This document shows, in pieces, positions 1 to 12,316 of a stretch of DNA of 64,000 bases. Source of the stretch: Podarcis gaigeae (taxonomy: Eukaryota). Within the stretch, counting starts at the first letter, position 1; each line of letters opens with the position of its first letter. The translations under genes and the position numbers were made by a program. The stretch lies in the NCBI GenBank assembly GCA_964106915.2, contig OZ066918.1, one strand, 5' to 3'. The notes below the pieces were generated by a model, which was not told where the DNA came from, ran no database searches, and saw nothing but the letters and a program-made list of their open reading frames with translations.

Positions 1-797
1 TATTGCTTACGCAATGTGAAACAGCATCTACATCTAATCAATTTGACACTATATGGTCTTTTGTTCCTAATTTTCACAAATAACTCTCTTGAGAGATCAC
101 CTCCTACTACTTGTGCTGGGTTTTTGGAGGGGCTGTATCTTGTTACTGTTTCTTAATTGTACTATTTGCAAAATAAAAATTAAACTTGTCCCAATACACA
201 AATTATCTATTGCCTACAGTATGTGAAACAGCACCCCACCTCATTACTAAAGAAAACCGTATCAGACACCTGAGATTCTCTCTCACTCATATCTGTATCT
301 GTCTACAATATATAAAAATTGCTTTCAAATTTTAACAGACGTGATTTCTTAGGTGCAAGAATGTGTTATTGCATCTGTCCACTTGGGAGAATCCCAGGGC
401 TACATAAACTCCCATAAATGTTATTTCATGCAGTATTTCTTCAGTTAAGTAGGGTGACAAAATTTAGTTTACTGGCACAGCAGTGGCTAGGTCGCATGTA
501 CCAAATCCACAAAAGATAATCTTGCTTTTATTGCATATTTAAGCTGACTGTGGTGATATTTATTATTTCATTTCAGTGTTCCAAGAGCTTATAAGTTGCC
601 AACTTTTGATGTTTAATCATAAACGTTACTCAAACAGCTTTAGTAACTTTGTATGTTGTCTCAAAGCAGGTGTGATATTTTCACATTAGAAGCCTTTAAC
701 TGCTCTTTATTTTCATGTTACTAAGCTTCCCTTCAGAAAAATATAGGAGAAGGAAAGCATATTTTAAGTTATATTTAACCATTATTTAAATACTCAC

Positions 798-896
798 TGT
801 CTCCTTGGGGAATGGGATCTGGACCGTGACTTTGTTCTTGACTTTGATCTGCTAGCACTCCTGCTGCTTCTACTTCTTTTGCTCTCTTTTCTCATA
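798..896 (-). CDS. CCNL1: Cyclin L1 exon 10 (start of RS domain); final exon lies outside the window
   Basis: MRKESKRSRSSRSASRSKSRTKSRSRSHSPRR, 99 nt, CAG / GTGAGT. Confidence 0.94.
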
Positions 897-996
897 CTGG
901 ATTAAAAAGTAAGCATCATGTCAATTTACAAATGCATATAACGACATACAACTTAGAATGAAGTGAATAAATCATATTTTACAGACTGCTACCTAC

Positions 997-1108
997 CCAT
1001 TGTAAGGGCTCTTGGAAACCACTTGTCTGTCTTCTGGTTCTTTTTTGATAATTTTTGCATTGATGCACAACGGAGATTTCTCTTCCGCTTTCATTTCCCT
1101 TGGAGAGC
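997..1108 (-). CDS. CCNL1: Cyclin L1 exon 9
   Basis: (C)SPREMKAEEKSPLCINAKIIKKEPEDRQVVSKSPYN(G), 112 nt, TAG / GTAGGT; phase consistent with neighbours. Confidence 0.93.
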
Positions 1109-1829
1109 CTATTAATTGAAATAACTTATGGTAAGAATGTTGAAGAAACAGAACTCTTGACATTATACTTTATAGTGAATTTGCTAATGCAAGTTTCTAC
1201 AAATGGCATCAAACAAGGTTCTGATCACACGACAGATTTACATTTAATTTCTTACTTCTATAAGATGTCACCCCCCCAAATTTTCTTTCTAAGGTAGTTT
1301 TAATTCATTTTCATCTTTAAAATGATTAGCACAGGTATCTTACCACATGTGCATGACTGTATATATGTGTGGTGCCAGTAAATAATTCAATAAATCAAGT
1401 TAAACTCTTAAGAATGGCACAAAAAGAGCAGAAAAACAGCTAGCAATCCCATGACAGTTTTTGCAGACTCTTGAGGCCTGTGGAGTGCTGAGAATTTGAA
1501 AAAGGAGGTTTGGTGGGAGCAGCTGTGGTGGAGTTTAGTGGAGTCCTCTGGTAATGAGGAAGACAGTCACCATTCATGCCAGTTTGGCAAGTACTGCTGG
1601 CTTTTCAAAGGGGTTTCCAAAGGTTTATAGGGTGTTTCCCCACTATAGTTCCCATATCCACGCAGTACCTGGAAACCTAACACCATGTAAGTGGGGAGAT
1701 GCCTGTATATAAAGGCTGTAATATTTGCTCAGTCAGACATTCAGGGACTCCTAATTCTGCTCCGATTTTTCTTTTAAGAATTAAGTAAGTAGACGCAGAA
1801 TCAAGTGGACATTGTTACAAAAAACTTAC

Positions 1830-1971
1830 AGGGCTTGGAAGCAGGTGAAAAGCCTCCCAACGTGGAAAGGGCTGGCGTTCCATCCGGGTTTAATCCTTTT
1901 GCTTTTAGTTTAGCTTCTTGAAGTGCCATTTTTCTCTTTTCAACTTCCTTATCAAGTAATTCATAGTTAGG
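1830..1971 (-). CDS. CCNL1: Cyclin L1 exon 8
   Basis: PNYELLDKEVEKRKMALQEAKLKAKGLNPDGTPALSTLGGFSPASKP, 142 nt, CAG / GTAAGT. Confidence 0.96.
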
Positions 1972-2517
1972 CTGCAAAGAGAACCAGAGTGGGCATATAA
2001 ACACACACATGTATCTCTTTGATTTTTAGCAAAGTATCTTATTTAATTTTTTATTCCACCCTTCCTTTCGATTGTGGGCAAAGAGACACACAAAATAAAA
2101 TACAAGTTTTAAAAAGCAATTAAAATACTAAACCTTGTCAGTTGCCAAAATGGAGCTTAAAATTAAATTACTTTATCACAGCATGCTAGCAGCTTCCATG
2201 CAGCACAGAGTCCTGGAATTTATATAACTTAGCAATTGCATCAGGGTTGCTTGAATTTGCTCCCAGGAATACACAGCTTCTGTTCCAGGCTGTTCAGACC
2301 CTCCTCTCATGGCTGAGTTTGGAATCAAAACAGAGCCTCTCAAAAGTATAGCACACACTCCTACACACTTGATGTGGGGTGAAGGCTTCTAGATATAAAT
2401 TTAAAAATATTTCTGTGTAAGAAATTGCAACACTCCCCCCCCCAAACTCCCTAAAAGAGCACATCTTTTAGCATGTATGTAGTACATTTCACCCCACCTG
2501 CAAGTACAGACAGTTAC

Positions 2518-2622
2518 CTTCTTTCTCGTATACAACTTAAGTGTTGTTAAACATATCTCTTGAATTTCTTCTTCAGTAGTTCCAAAAAGCAAAAACCAAT
2601 GGGGACGGTTAGGCAAAGGAAT
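2518..2622 (-). CDS. CCNL1: Cyclin L1 exon 7
   Basis: [35 protein letters not shown], 105 nt, CAG / GTAAC. Confidence 0.96.
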
Positions 2623-2728
2623 CTGGAGGAGAAATTATTACAAAAGCGGGTCAGAATCTCAAACTAGACAGTTTTATTTGAGATTGTTGAGATAAAGGTA
2701 TGAGTGAAAACAGAAGACAAATTCTTAC

Positions 2729-2828
2729 CTGTAGAGCTCTAGCTGCAAGGTAGATACAAGCACATGCTATTGTCTCTGGTTGAAATCGAACAAACACATT
2801 GGTTCTGAGGCTGTCGTTCATGTAATTC
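2729..2828 (-). CDS. CCNL1: Cyclin L1 exon 6
   Basis: [33 protein letters not shown], 100 nt, CAG / GTAAG. Confidence 0.96.
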
Positions 2829-4203
2829 CTGAAAAATATGAATGTGAATTTGTTCCAAGTTCTAAGGCCCATTATGAAATCAAAAACATGAAGTTGGAGA
2901 CTCAATCTACTTTATTATTTTTTCTTCACCTTCATACTATTAATTTAGATTCCAAAACGTCAAAATAAGTCTTAAAGACAAAATGCCTCAAATGCCCCAG
3001 GATCATTCCAACATACAGGCTCTTGTCATCTCTCTAGAACTCAGGAAAGTACAAGCTGAGTTTTATTTTGAGTTCAATCTTTATCACCACAAGTCGTCAC
3101 TATGCAAGTTGTCACTATGGCTTTACATACTATCATGTAACTCATGATTATTCTATGAAGTGTCCATCAACTAAGATTTAACTCTAAAATCATCTGTTCA
3201 CATGACCACTTTAAAAAAGTCTAACTACATATTTAAATTGTTAATTCATTCTTTTGTCAAACAAATCAGTATGTTTTATTTAGTGCTAACAGCTACAATA
3301 GCTAAATGCATCTCCTATGATACAATGTAAAAACAAGATCTACAGGATATGTACTTCATTTCATAAAATTTATATACCAATTTAGCATCATTTTATTTTT
3401 GTAAACAGTTAAGCACTTGTGCATTCCAATTATGTCATGGGAATGATTTAAGTACGTGCTTAACACATCTACTAAAAACAGTGGGATGTGACTGGAACTT
3501 GCTAAATCATTTTTATCAGCTGTTTCCATGGACTTTTAACGGCCCATGTGCAGAGAGGCTGCAAAGACTTTACAAAGTGAATGACATCTATACAGATGAG
3601 ATACAAATATAAACTATAAAAACTCTGTGAAGTCAAGTTCTAACAAATTAAAAACATTCTTAATCACTGAAAATGTTGGTACTCAAAATTGTTATTTCAG
3701 AATTTAGTAATAAACTTTTGCTTCTGAACATAAGGGCGAGACTTCCAAACATGCCAACTAATCTACTGTGGATGTTTGCTGGTTGCGAAAAATATGCTCA
3801 ATACACAAAACAGTAAATAGTTAGGCATGTGCTAGTCCCTCTGCATGCACAACCCACCGCCAAAAAACCCCCAACCACTAGAATCCAAATTGAGACAAAA
3901 CTGGAAAAGCAGTTAATTAAGAATCTGTGCTACAGCTAGACTTTACCATTTATGCTGACAGGTCATGTCATAACTAGAATAACTAGGAAAACAAATACAC
4001 ATTTCATATGTATGTTGAACAGATACTTCTAGAATCAGATATACAAATCCTTTTGACACCCGGACAGAACTAGAAGATGCTGCCAGATGGATATGGACCA
4101 CTTCAGTAAATCTTGGCTGAGAGCTTGCACTGCACTGGCTGGAGAGAGAGGCAGCCAATCAGGCCATCCTCAGGTCATGAGCTGTGGTGCAGAGGGCAGA
4201 GTT

Positions 4204-4228
4204 CTATGACTTACCATCAGAGGCTACC
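4204..4228 (-). CDS. CCNL1: Alternative stop-containing exon / 14-nt microexon in CCNL1 intron 5 (short isoform ending W-VASDGKS*)
   Basis: Pyrimidine tract + AAAG acceptor at 4229; in phase with exon 5 reads TGG GTA GCC TCT GAT GGT AAG TCA TAG; internal G|GTAAGT donor at 4214. Confidence 0.8.
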
Positions 4229-4446
4229 CTTTAATCAAAGAGTAGAAAAAAGAACAAAGTTAAATTGAGTTCTCCAAGAAAATGTGCTATGAAAGCCACG
4301 AAAATAGTAGGCAGAAAACAAGCAACGACACACATTTCACAAAGCATTTACAAACTTACAGTTCATTCTTTGGTATATTGGACACCAAGCTTGTTTTTTT
4401 TTCTGCTACTATTTTCCTGGCTAAGAGAAAGAAGAGGAAAACTTAC

Positions 4447-4511
4447 CAGGCTGTTTGGACGAGTGTTTGATTACGTTCACATTCTAAGACTTGTAAGTAC
4501 ATAACAATGAT
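4447..4511 (-). CDS. CCNL1: Cyclin L1 exon 5
   Basis: IIVMYLQVLECERNQTLVQTA(W), 65 nt, CAG / GTAAGT; QTLVQTAW matches L1 rather than L2. Confidence 0.96.
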
Positions 4512-4831
4512 CTGAGAGAGGAAGAAAAACAAAAAGGCAATTAAAACACCATTTAAATGTTAAGGAACATCTGTACCCACATCCATCTTGAACATAAAGC
4601 AAGGCAAACTTAAGTCTTAAATCTCATAATCTATCAACCCCCATTTCTGATGAAAATTCAAAATTCCACTCCCCCTAACCTTAGCTTACAATTAGGAGTT
4701 TTACCCTCTTCCTAGAAACAGGCATGTGTTCTTGAGTTATACAGGTTGTCATGTTTACGAATTGTTTACCTTTCCTGTCACCATCAAGACATTTTTGCAG
4801 TTCAATATTGAAGAAACTTTCGTGGACTCAC

Positions 4832-4952
4832 CTTATGTGGATGCTTGACATGAACACAAAATCCCAATTCCTTCAGCACCCTCCTTTCTGCTTTGATTAC
4901 TTGATTTTTGGTGTTTATGTAGTTCTGATCAAGTATCAATGGGCTTGGAGTC
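4832..4952 (-). CDS. CCNL1: Cyclin L1 exon 4
   Basis: [40 protein letters not shown], 121 nt, TAG / GTGAGT. Confidence 0.96.
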
Positions 4953-5477
4953 CTACAGTTTGTAAGAAATAGAGTCAAAACGGTTTTCTATATCGAAGAC
5001 AACGGTTTTTCTGTTTTCCCTTCCAACCAACTAATGGCAACAGAAACCAGATTCTAAACTCCTGCAAACAAGTTTTAGCTTTAATCTTGTGCTGTCCAAG
5101 TTAACTAATTCAGTACAACTATGTTAACTTTAAAAAGTTTTCCTATTAACATTCAGAATTTCACATTCAAAAACATTTCACTTCACATAAGAGAGATGAT
5201 ATACAAGGCTAAATTCCAAGTAATTCCTAGTGATGTCTTTTGGGAAGATTCCACTCTGAAAAGGAGCATAGTGAATTCATCATTCAAATTACCACTATAG
5301 TTTCAACATCTGTAAAAATAAACGTGTTATGCATGGGAAATAAAACAAAGTTATGCTTCAGTCATTTATCTTGATCACAGAATAATTTAGATTTCTTAAA
5401 TTGTACGTAGACTTATTTTTTTAAATGTACTAACAAACAAAAAATGAATACTATGCTATAGTAACGAGAACTATGTT

Positions 5478-5830
5478 ATCAGAAAGCCCTAAACGGACTT
5501 GGCCCTGTATACCTAAAGGAACGTCTCCACCCCCACCGGTCAGCCGAGACACTGAGGTCCAGTTCAGAGGGCCTTCTGGTGGTTTCCTCACTACAAGAAG
5601 TGAAGTTACAAGGAACCAGGCAGAGGGCCTTCTCAGTAGTGACACCTGCCCTGTCCAATGCCCTCCCATCATGTCACACAGATAAACAACTACACGACTT
5701 TCAGAAGACATCTGAAGGCAGCCCTGGATCAGCAGGTTTTTAATGTTTGATGTTTCGTTATGTTTCTTATATTCTTATATATTTCCCTAGGGTGGCTAGG
5801 GAAAACCAGTCAAGATGTGTAGGGTATAAG
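5478..5830 (+). mobile_element. L2 LINE 3' fragment
   Basis: Degenerate ALNGLGP.YLKERL...RAFSV..P.L.NALP; similar to 23510-23760. Confidence 0.8.
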
Positions 5831-8800
5831 CAATAAATTATTATTATGATGAACATATCCCCTACCTCTAAATCCCTTTAATCATCTGTTTTATCTTGTA
5901 TCTATGTCACAAATCACTAAGAAAGCACATAACCTAGTTTGTTAATACAGTTGAGGCAACATTATACTGTTCTCCATTAGTTAAATTTAAAATATCTTGC
6001 AAGGAGCAAATTAAAAATATTTTACTGTGGCATTATTATGGAGTCTTCTACAAGCATCTTTATGTATAAATAATTTATATTGGTTATGGATAGCCTTAAA
6101 ACAAAGTCTCTTCTCATTAGTTATGTGCTATCTACAAGCAATGCCTTTCTATGTAAAGATGCACAGAGAATACTATTTTAATATTAAAATATTTTAGCTT
6201 GCTTGTGTGCAGTGTGTGTGTATTCCCCTACCTTCATTTCCATTGTTTTCTATGTTGAGATTGTAAACATCTTCAGGTAGTGATGTGTCCTCTTATATTC
6301 TAAAGCACCATGCACAGGGATTGAACTATATACACAATCAGTACTATTTACTGCATTTTACAATGTTTGACATTCAGCAAACTGACTGAAGATTATGGGG
6401 CTTTTTAAGGAGGTTTTTCAAATTCTTTTATGTATAAGAATCATAAACTGCCTACAGCACATCATCTGAATTCTGCACCTGTATTTAACTAGAACAGGGA
6501 TAAAAGCAATTCAAACTGCATTCTTTAGCTGTTTATGGTAGAATGACACTTCATTCATGAAAACTTGATAGTGAGGTTGCACTATATATTTCCTAGATTA
6601 TTCTGATCCAAAAACCAAATGCACATTACTGCACTGAAGACAGCTTAGCTACACTAAATTATTTGGTAGTGCAACAGAACTAACCTAGGCAAAACTGCCT
6701 GTAAGATTCTGTGCACTGATATAAATTTACCTTGTGCTCAACATAGAAAATCTTAAGAAATCTGTATATTAGCACTTGTGAAAGATGCTTCATAACATAC
6801 AGGTATTTCCTGTTTCCACTTCTTGTTGGTATACTGCCCAAGGTTAATTCAAATATTTGTAAGGCAGAGTGTTGATGCACTATATACTTCTCAGAGGAAT
6901 GTTCATTATCATGCACACCCTGTTCCAAATGTAACTCTGTCATCTTGCTGTTACAGACCAGCACAGCTACCTTATCCACAACTTAGTGCAAGTTACTAAA
7001 TGTCTCAAAGCGCATATTTGCAATATCAGCCCTACTAAACTGTTTCTGAGAGAGAAATATACCTTTTTAACTTCGCAAATTAATTTACTTCCAATTTAGG
7101 TGCAAATCTAATTAGACTTGACAACCCATAATATTTTATGAAAAAGTAGTTGAGAGGGGGAATAGATGCCACCTTATAGAGCCAAAAGAAGATTGTAGAA
7201 ACTGTCTCAAGATACCAGATTAGCTGTCTACCATTTTTAGATCTTATATTTATTGCGATAGCATGTCAATTATTGGGCTTAGAGTCCTGGGTTGTGGTCA
7301 TTACATTTTTGCATTTTAACTACATACCAAACTCCTGTTCGGCTCTATGCAACCTGTCCAGTTAAATCAAGTAAGCCCACAGACTGCCCAGTGGCTAGCT
7401 ATCCTACATTTCTACGCTGGTCAGGGAAGAGTGGAAGTCCCCCTCTCTATGAAAATGCAGGTTACTAGGATCTTGGGAGACTACTTTTAAGAATGCCCTC
7501 AGCTGACAAAAGGACAGGCAGAGTGACAGGCTTCCTTTCCTTGGCATAGACAAATTTTATGCAGTTGTGTGTAGAGTTCACCGTAGCATTAACAATAAGA
7601 ACGCAAAAAGGGTGCTTTCGTATCAAACCAAGAATTACATCAGCTATACTTAAATATTAGGCACTGAAAGCAGCCATGGCACTGCATAAATTTAGAGTTG
7701 TGTTAAAGTGTAATTATTACAATTTTAAAGGGACAAGAACATGATTCTCTGAATCATAATGCCCCGAGGAAAAAACTTTCCCACAAATTTCACTCCACTG
7801 CTTCAGCGCTGGAATAATGGCTCAACAAGGGGAAGCATTTCTTACTAAGATGGCAGTAGACATCTTATCAGTTACACGTGCATATCAGATCAAAGTCCGA
7901 CTTCAGAGTTCAACAGAGGTTACTCCCAATTAATTTCATCCTCACTTGTGAGACTTGCTTCCATTTAAACCATGCACACGATTGGGATCAAGCAGCAAGT
8001 CTGCAAGGTAACTAACTTTTAACATTCCTTGTATAATGTATCCAGATGTTACATCGAACAGCCCATCAACATTCATGTATATTTGCAGATATGGCATGAG
8101 TTATGATGACACTCTTTCAAATTCTGCCTAAAAGGATGTCAGGTTAAGGATCTAAGCCCCAACCTGTGAAATACTAAAGAAGAGTGACTTGACCCACTAG
8201 GAATGCAGTAATATGTACAAGCAAAGAGAAAATTATATTTGTTATGTTTTCACTGCTGTTGGTTTGTTGGCATAGCCTTCGATACAAATTATGTGACAGC
8301 TCCAATGCATGCACAAATGTTGTGCTAATTCCAAATGCTTCACATTAACAGTATGTACTGTTGACAAAAATCCAACCATTCTTGTCTGCTGACAATTGAC
8401 TTTTGTGGCAGCTTTCCCAGCCTTACTACCAAAGATGCCTTTTTAACGGGAGGTGCTGAGAATTACTCCAGTCAAGCAAAGCCAAATGAGATGTTGCTCC
8501 TCCCAGTAAAAAAATCCCATTTGCAGAGAGCTTAAAATATTGATTTTTTAGTGCACACCTGCCTATGACTGCAATGCTTATTACTTTTAAAGTATTTATT
8601 TCCCCAGTTGTTACAGTTGTTACAAAACTGTACATTAATCATATAGAATGTGCACAAAATTTACTAATTGTGAATAACCTTGGAAGCAGCAAAAGCACTT
8701 TGGTTTACTAAATGCTATTTATGTTCTTAAACAAAAATGTGCGTGTTTGTGGCAGTCAGTGCTATACAACATCAACCACTTTTTGCATTCCAAAGTAAAA

Positions 8801-9068
8801 ACTTTTCTAATGAGTCTTTTTCCAGCGAGTACTAGATTTTAGTAACAAATACTACAATTGTACTTGAGTGAACTACATTAAAGGTGAAGATTTCATTAAA
8901 TACACAAAATAAAGCATTGAAATGTGACAGACAAACTATTAAGCACAGCATACCTAAATTTGCTAGTTAAAATTCTAACATTTGGCTAATTTACAAAAAC
9001 CTGGACAGCAAAGATGAAAGCTTAAAACAAGATACAGGAGTTCTTCCAAATGGTTCACCAACGGCCAA

Positions 9069-9256
9069 NNNNNNNNNNNNNNNNNNNNNNNNNNNNNNNN
9101 NNNNNNNNNNNNNNNNNNNNNNNNNNNNNNNNNNNNNNNNNNNNNNNNNNNNNNNNNNNNNNNNNNNNNNNNNNNNNNNNNNNNNNNNNNNNNNNNNNNN
9201 NNNNNNNNNNNNNNNNNNNNNNNNNNNNNNNNNNNNNNNNNNNNNNNNNNNNNNNN
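9069..9256. other. Assembly gap (188 N) in CCNL1 intron 3
   Basis: Run of N. Confidence 1.
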
Positions 9257-10689
9257 AATAACATGTACAACTGATTTGTTTGTAAAACTGTAACACGCAC
9301 AGAATAATGCTTTCATCCCATTTTAAAAAATGAGCCTGCATGCCAAAAATGTAAGATTTCTTATAGACTTGACTTCCTCCAGACTTTTCAGACAGTATTT
9401 GTTTTTAAGTTAGCTAAAAATGAATCAAGTAAAGTACATCTAATTGAGTAAGACATCAGCACCCAACATGACATGCCAGGTTTTTTATGGGAAGACTTCT
9501 TTTTTAAAGAATTATGTTTTTCATCTACCCGCCATGCTACTTTTCAAATCCTGGCCGGCCAATAAATATTTATATTATTAATTAATTATAACTTCACTTG
9601 AAATCTAGACAGTGAGGGAGAAAGTCTTAGGTGCAACTGTTTCATTCAAATGAAGCTGAATATTCTTTTTAAAATAAAAAAGACTTGAAAAGAAAGTATA
9701 TTAGTACATGTGCACGTTACCTGTGTATAAACTAAATCTACCTTTCTGAAAAATAACTTGTTTTGCCTAGATATGCTTTTAAGCGGTAAGACACATATTT
9801 GTATGTTGTTTTTAGGATGCCTCAACATATTTGTATGTTGTTTTTAGGATGCCCCACAAGATTTGGCAAAGAAAAAAAAGCTCTTAAAAATGTCCCTAAG
9901 TAGTGAGGATATCATTGATATCAAGCCTATACGTATTTACTAATTAATCAAGAGACAGCTTCAGAAAAAAAAAATATTCAAGATAGTCTGCAAGTTTTCC
10001 TATGTTTAATCTTTCCTTAATCCTTTATATTTAAAGCTTTACAAACCCACAAATAGGGATAGCTCTACAACAATCACAAAAGCACACACAAAATTGAGAC
10101 TCATCTGATGTATAGACAATCATGCTGAATGACAAGTGTTGTTCCTGTAATTCTAGATGCACATTGCTTCCAGGATTCCTTTGTTTATATCGTGAAGATA
10201 CCATTAAAACAGGTATATGCTGTAAACCAAACCAAGCTGTCAACTTTCCCAACAAAACCACTACTATAAACGTAAATAGGGTAAACTTCAGTCTTCTGCT
10301 AAGAGCTTCAGAGACAATTATACACTCTCTACTACACTAAACATGGACAGTGGTCCAACAAGACCCAATATACATTTTCAGTAGAGTTAACATGTAATAA
10401 AAGATAACTACAAGTTTCCACTACAAAACAAAAAAGCAAAGCAAAGCAAACAATACTAGCTCAGACCTGACTTCATCCAGCTCATCAAGATCTAGAGTTA
10501 AGAGATACTTCAATCCACTAAGTCACACTAACACACAAAATCAACAAAATTCAAGCCTATGTCAGCTGTTTATCACCTTCAACCTGATCAAGCCAACCTA
10601 CCCAAGCAGAACCTCTACAGCCTTTGGACATTACAGTGGGACAGTGTACAGTGGTACGTTGTGTATACCAAAAGCGGAGCTGATCTTAC

Positions 10690-10799
10690 CTTTTAGCTCT
10701 TAACTGGCGCAAGTGATGGGAAACGTTGATCACATCTCTTATGCGACGAGGCGCTTCTTCAATTTTGGAAGCAAGATTGATGCAGGCCATCGCAACAAT
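10690..10799 (-). CDS. CCNL1: Cyclin L1 exon 3
   Basis: [37 protein letters not shown], 110 nt, CAG / GTAAG. Confidence 0.96.
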
Positions 10800-11102
10800 C
10801 TGAAAAAGAAGCTCATTGCCGTGAGAAACTTGTTTTCCCCAGGAGTTCATACACAACACATTATAAACACGGCTAGGAGCTAACCCTAACGGGAGATACG
10901 CCAAAAAGACATCCACCCAAGCCAGAAACAGTGCTGTGGAGACTCCTTGCCTGAGGCAAAAGAGTGGAGTCAAGATGAACAATCCTAGCTGAAAACACTC
11001 ACTTCATACGTTTGAATGGCCTTCAGTACCTCTTGCTCCCTCCCCAAAAAACCACAACCAACGAAAACATTAAGCCTGCCTACACCCACCAAAAAAACTC
11101 AC

Positions 11103-11177
11103 CTCGAAGCTGTGCTTGACGAACGACTTGGAATAAAAGAAGCGGTGAAACAACACCTGCCCGGTCGCCATCGCCAC
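11103..11177 (-). CDS. CCNL1: Cyclin L1 exon 2
   Basis: [25 protein letters not shown], 75 nt, CAG acceptor and GTGAGT donor. Confidence 0.96.
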
Positions 11178-11545
11178 CTGCGAAGACAATCCCCCGGCGG
11201 GGAAGAGACAGGAAGATAAGCCATGTTAGTAACAGGCGAAGCGCGCATGCGCGGAGGCCAGCTAACGCCTCCCACCCTCCCTTTTCCGGAAGCGGCATCG
11301 GCGCCGGGCCTGTCAAGCAGGCCGAGGTCGCCAATCCGCCGCCATCTTGTGTCCAGCGCCCTCCTTTCCCCTCACGGAGCCCCGTCTCGGGTCAGCGCGG
11401 GCGGGAGAAGAGAAGAGGCGCCCTTAGGTGGCGGCGGCGGCCTCCCTGCCCTCACTCTCCTTCCCCCGCCCACAAAGCCGAGGCCGAGGCCTTGGGCTCC
11501 GCGGTAGGCCCCGTCGGAGGCAGCCCCCCCTCCCCCGGCGCTGAC

Positions 11546-11821
11546 CTGCGGCAGGCGGAGCATGATGCCGGCGGCCTGGATGAGCTCGCAGCCCAGGATG
11601 CGCAGGTCCGTCTCGCTCTGGAGGTCCAGGCCATCCTGCATGGAGGGCGTCGGCGAGAGCCGCTCCTCGGGGATGAGCGAGTGGTCGATAGTCAGCGACA
11701 CCTCCGAGTACAGGCGGTCCCCGATGAGGATCCCCGCGGGGGGAGCCGAGGAAGACGCGGCCGGGGCGAGCGAGGCGCCTGAGGCGGCCGGGGAAGGATG
11801 AGTCCCGCTGGAGGAGGCCAT
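11546..11821 (-). CDS. CCNL1: Cyclin L1 coding exon 1
   Basis: ATG at 11821; MASSSG...[62 protein letters not shown]; donor CAG|GTCAG; 276 nt. Confidence 0.95.
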
Positions 11822-12281
11822 GGCGAACGACCGCGACCAACACGCTCGCCTCGACGACCGCACCCGGAGCCGGCCACGCACGGAATAACGCGTTTGCGCC
11901 CGGCGCCCGATGACGCAGCACGGAGCGGGGCGCGCTGGGAAAAAAGAGTCCCTCCCCTCCCTCCCGCGCTGACGTCAGGCGAGCGGCACGTTCTTCGTGC
12001 GTGAACTCGCCTTGGCGAGACGGCGAGGGGAGGGGACGGTGAGCTCCAGCTGCTAAGAGGCGCTTGGAAAGGAGCCGCTTGCGCTACCCCTCACGCCCCG
12101 TGCTATTTCAGGGCGCCGGAATGCAGTTTCGGAAAATGTTCCTTGATGTTACAATAAAAATAAAAATAAAATACGAACAGCTGCTAGCTGCCAGCCCACC
12201 TCTTTCTGCAAGTCGGAAACGTAGCATTTCAGGGATGTTTTAGCTCAGCCTGTCGCTGCTCTGCTATGTTTCTACTTGCAA

Positions 12282-12283
<2 letters not shown>

Positions 12284-12314
<31 letters not shown>
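12284..12314. repeat. (CA)n microsatellite
   Basis: Direct observation. Confidence 0.98.

Positions 12315-12316
<2 letters not shown>

Larger units (their letters stand above)
11050..12130. promoter_or_regulatory. CCNL1 CpG-island promoter
   Basis: GC/CpG-rich over exons 1-2; full CRE TGACGTCA at 11970-11977 and CRE-like TGACGCA at 11911. Confidence 0.85.

Noticed and set aside
8975-9341. ORFs containing poly-X
   Set aside because: Artefact of translating the N gap.
11223-12004. Many overlapping ORFs around CCNL1 exon 1, including a 20-aa N-terminal extension from 11881
   Set aside because: Expected from stop-poor GC-rich DNA; only the frame from ATG 11821 matches cyclin L1.
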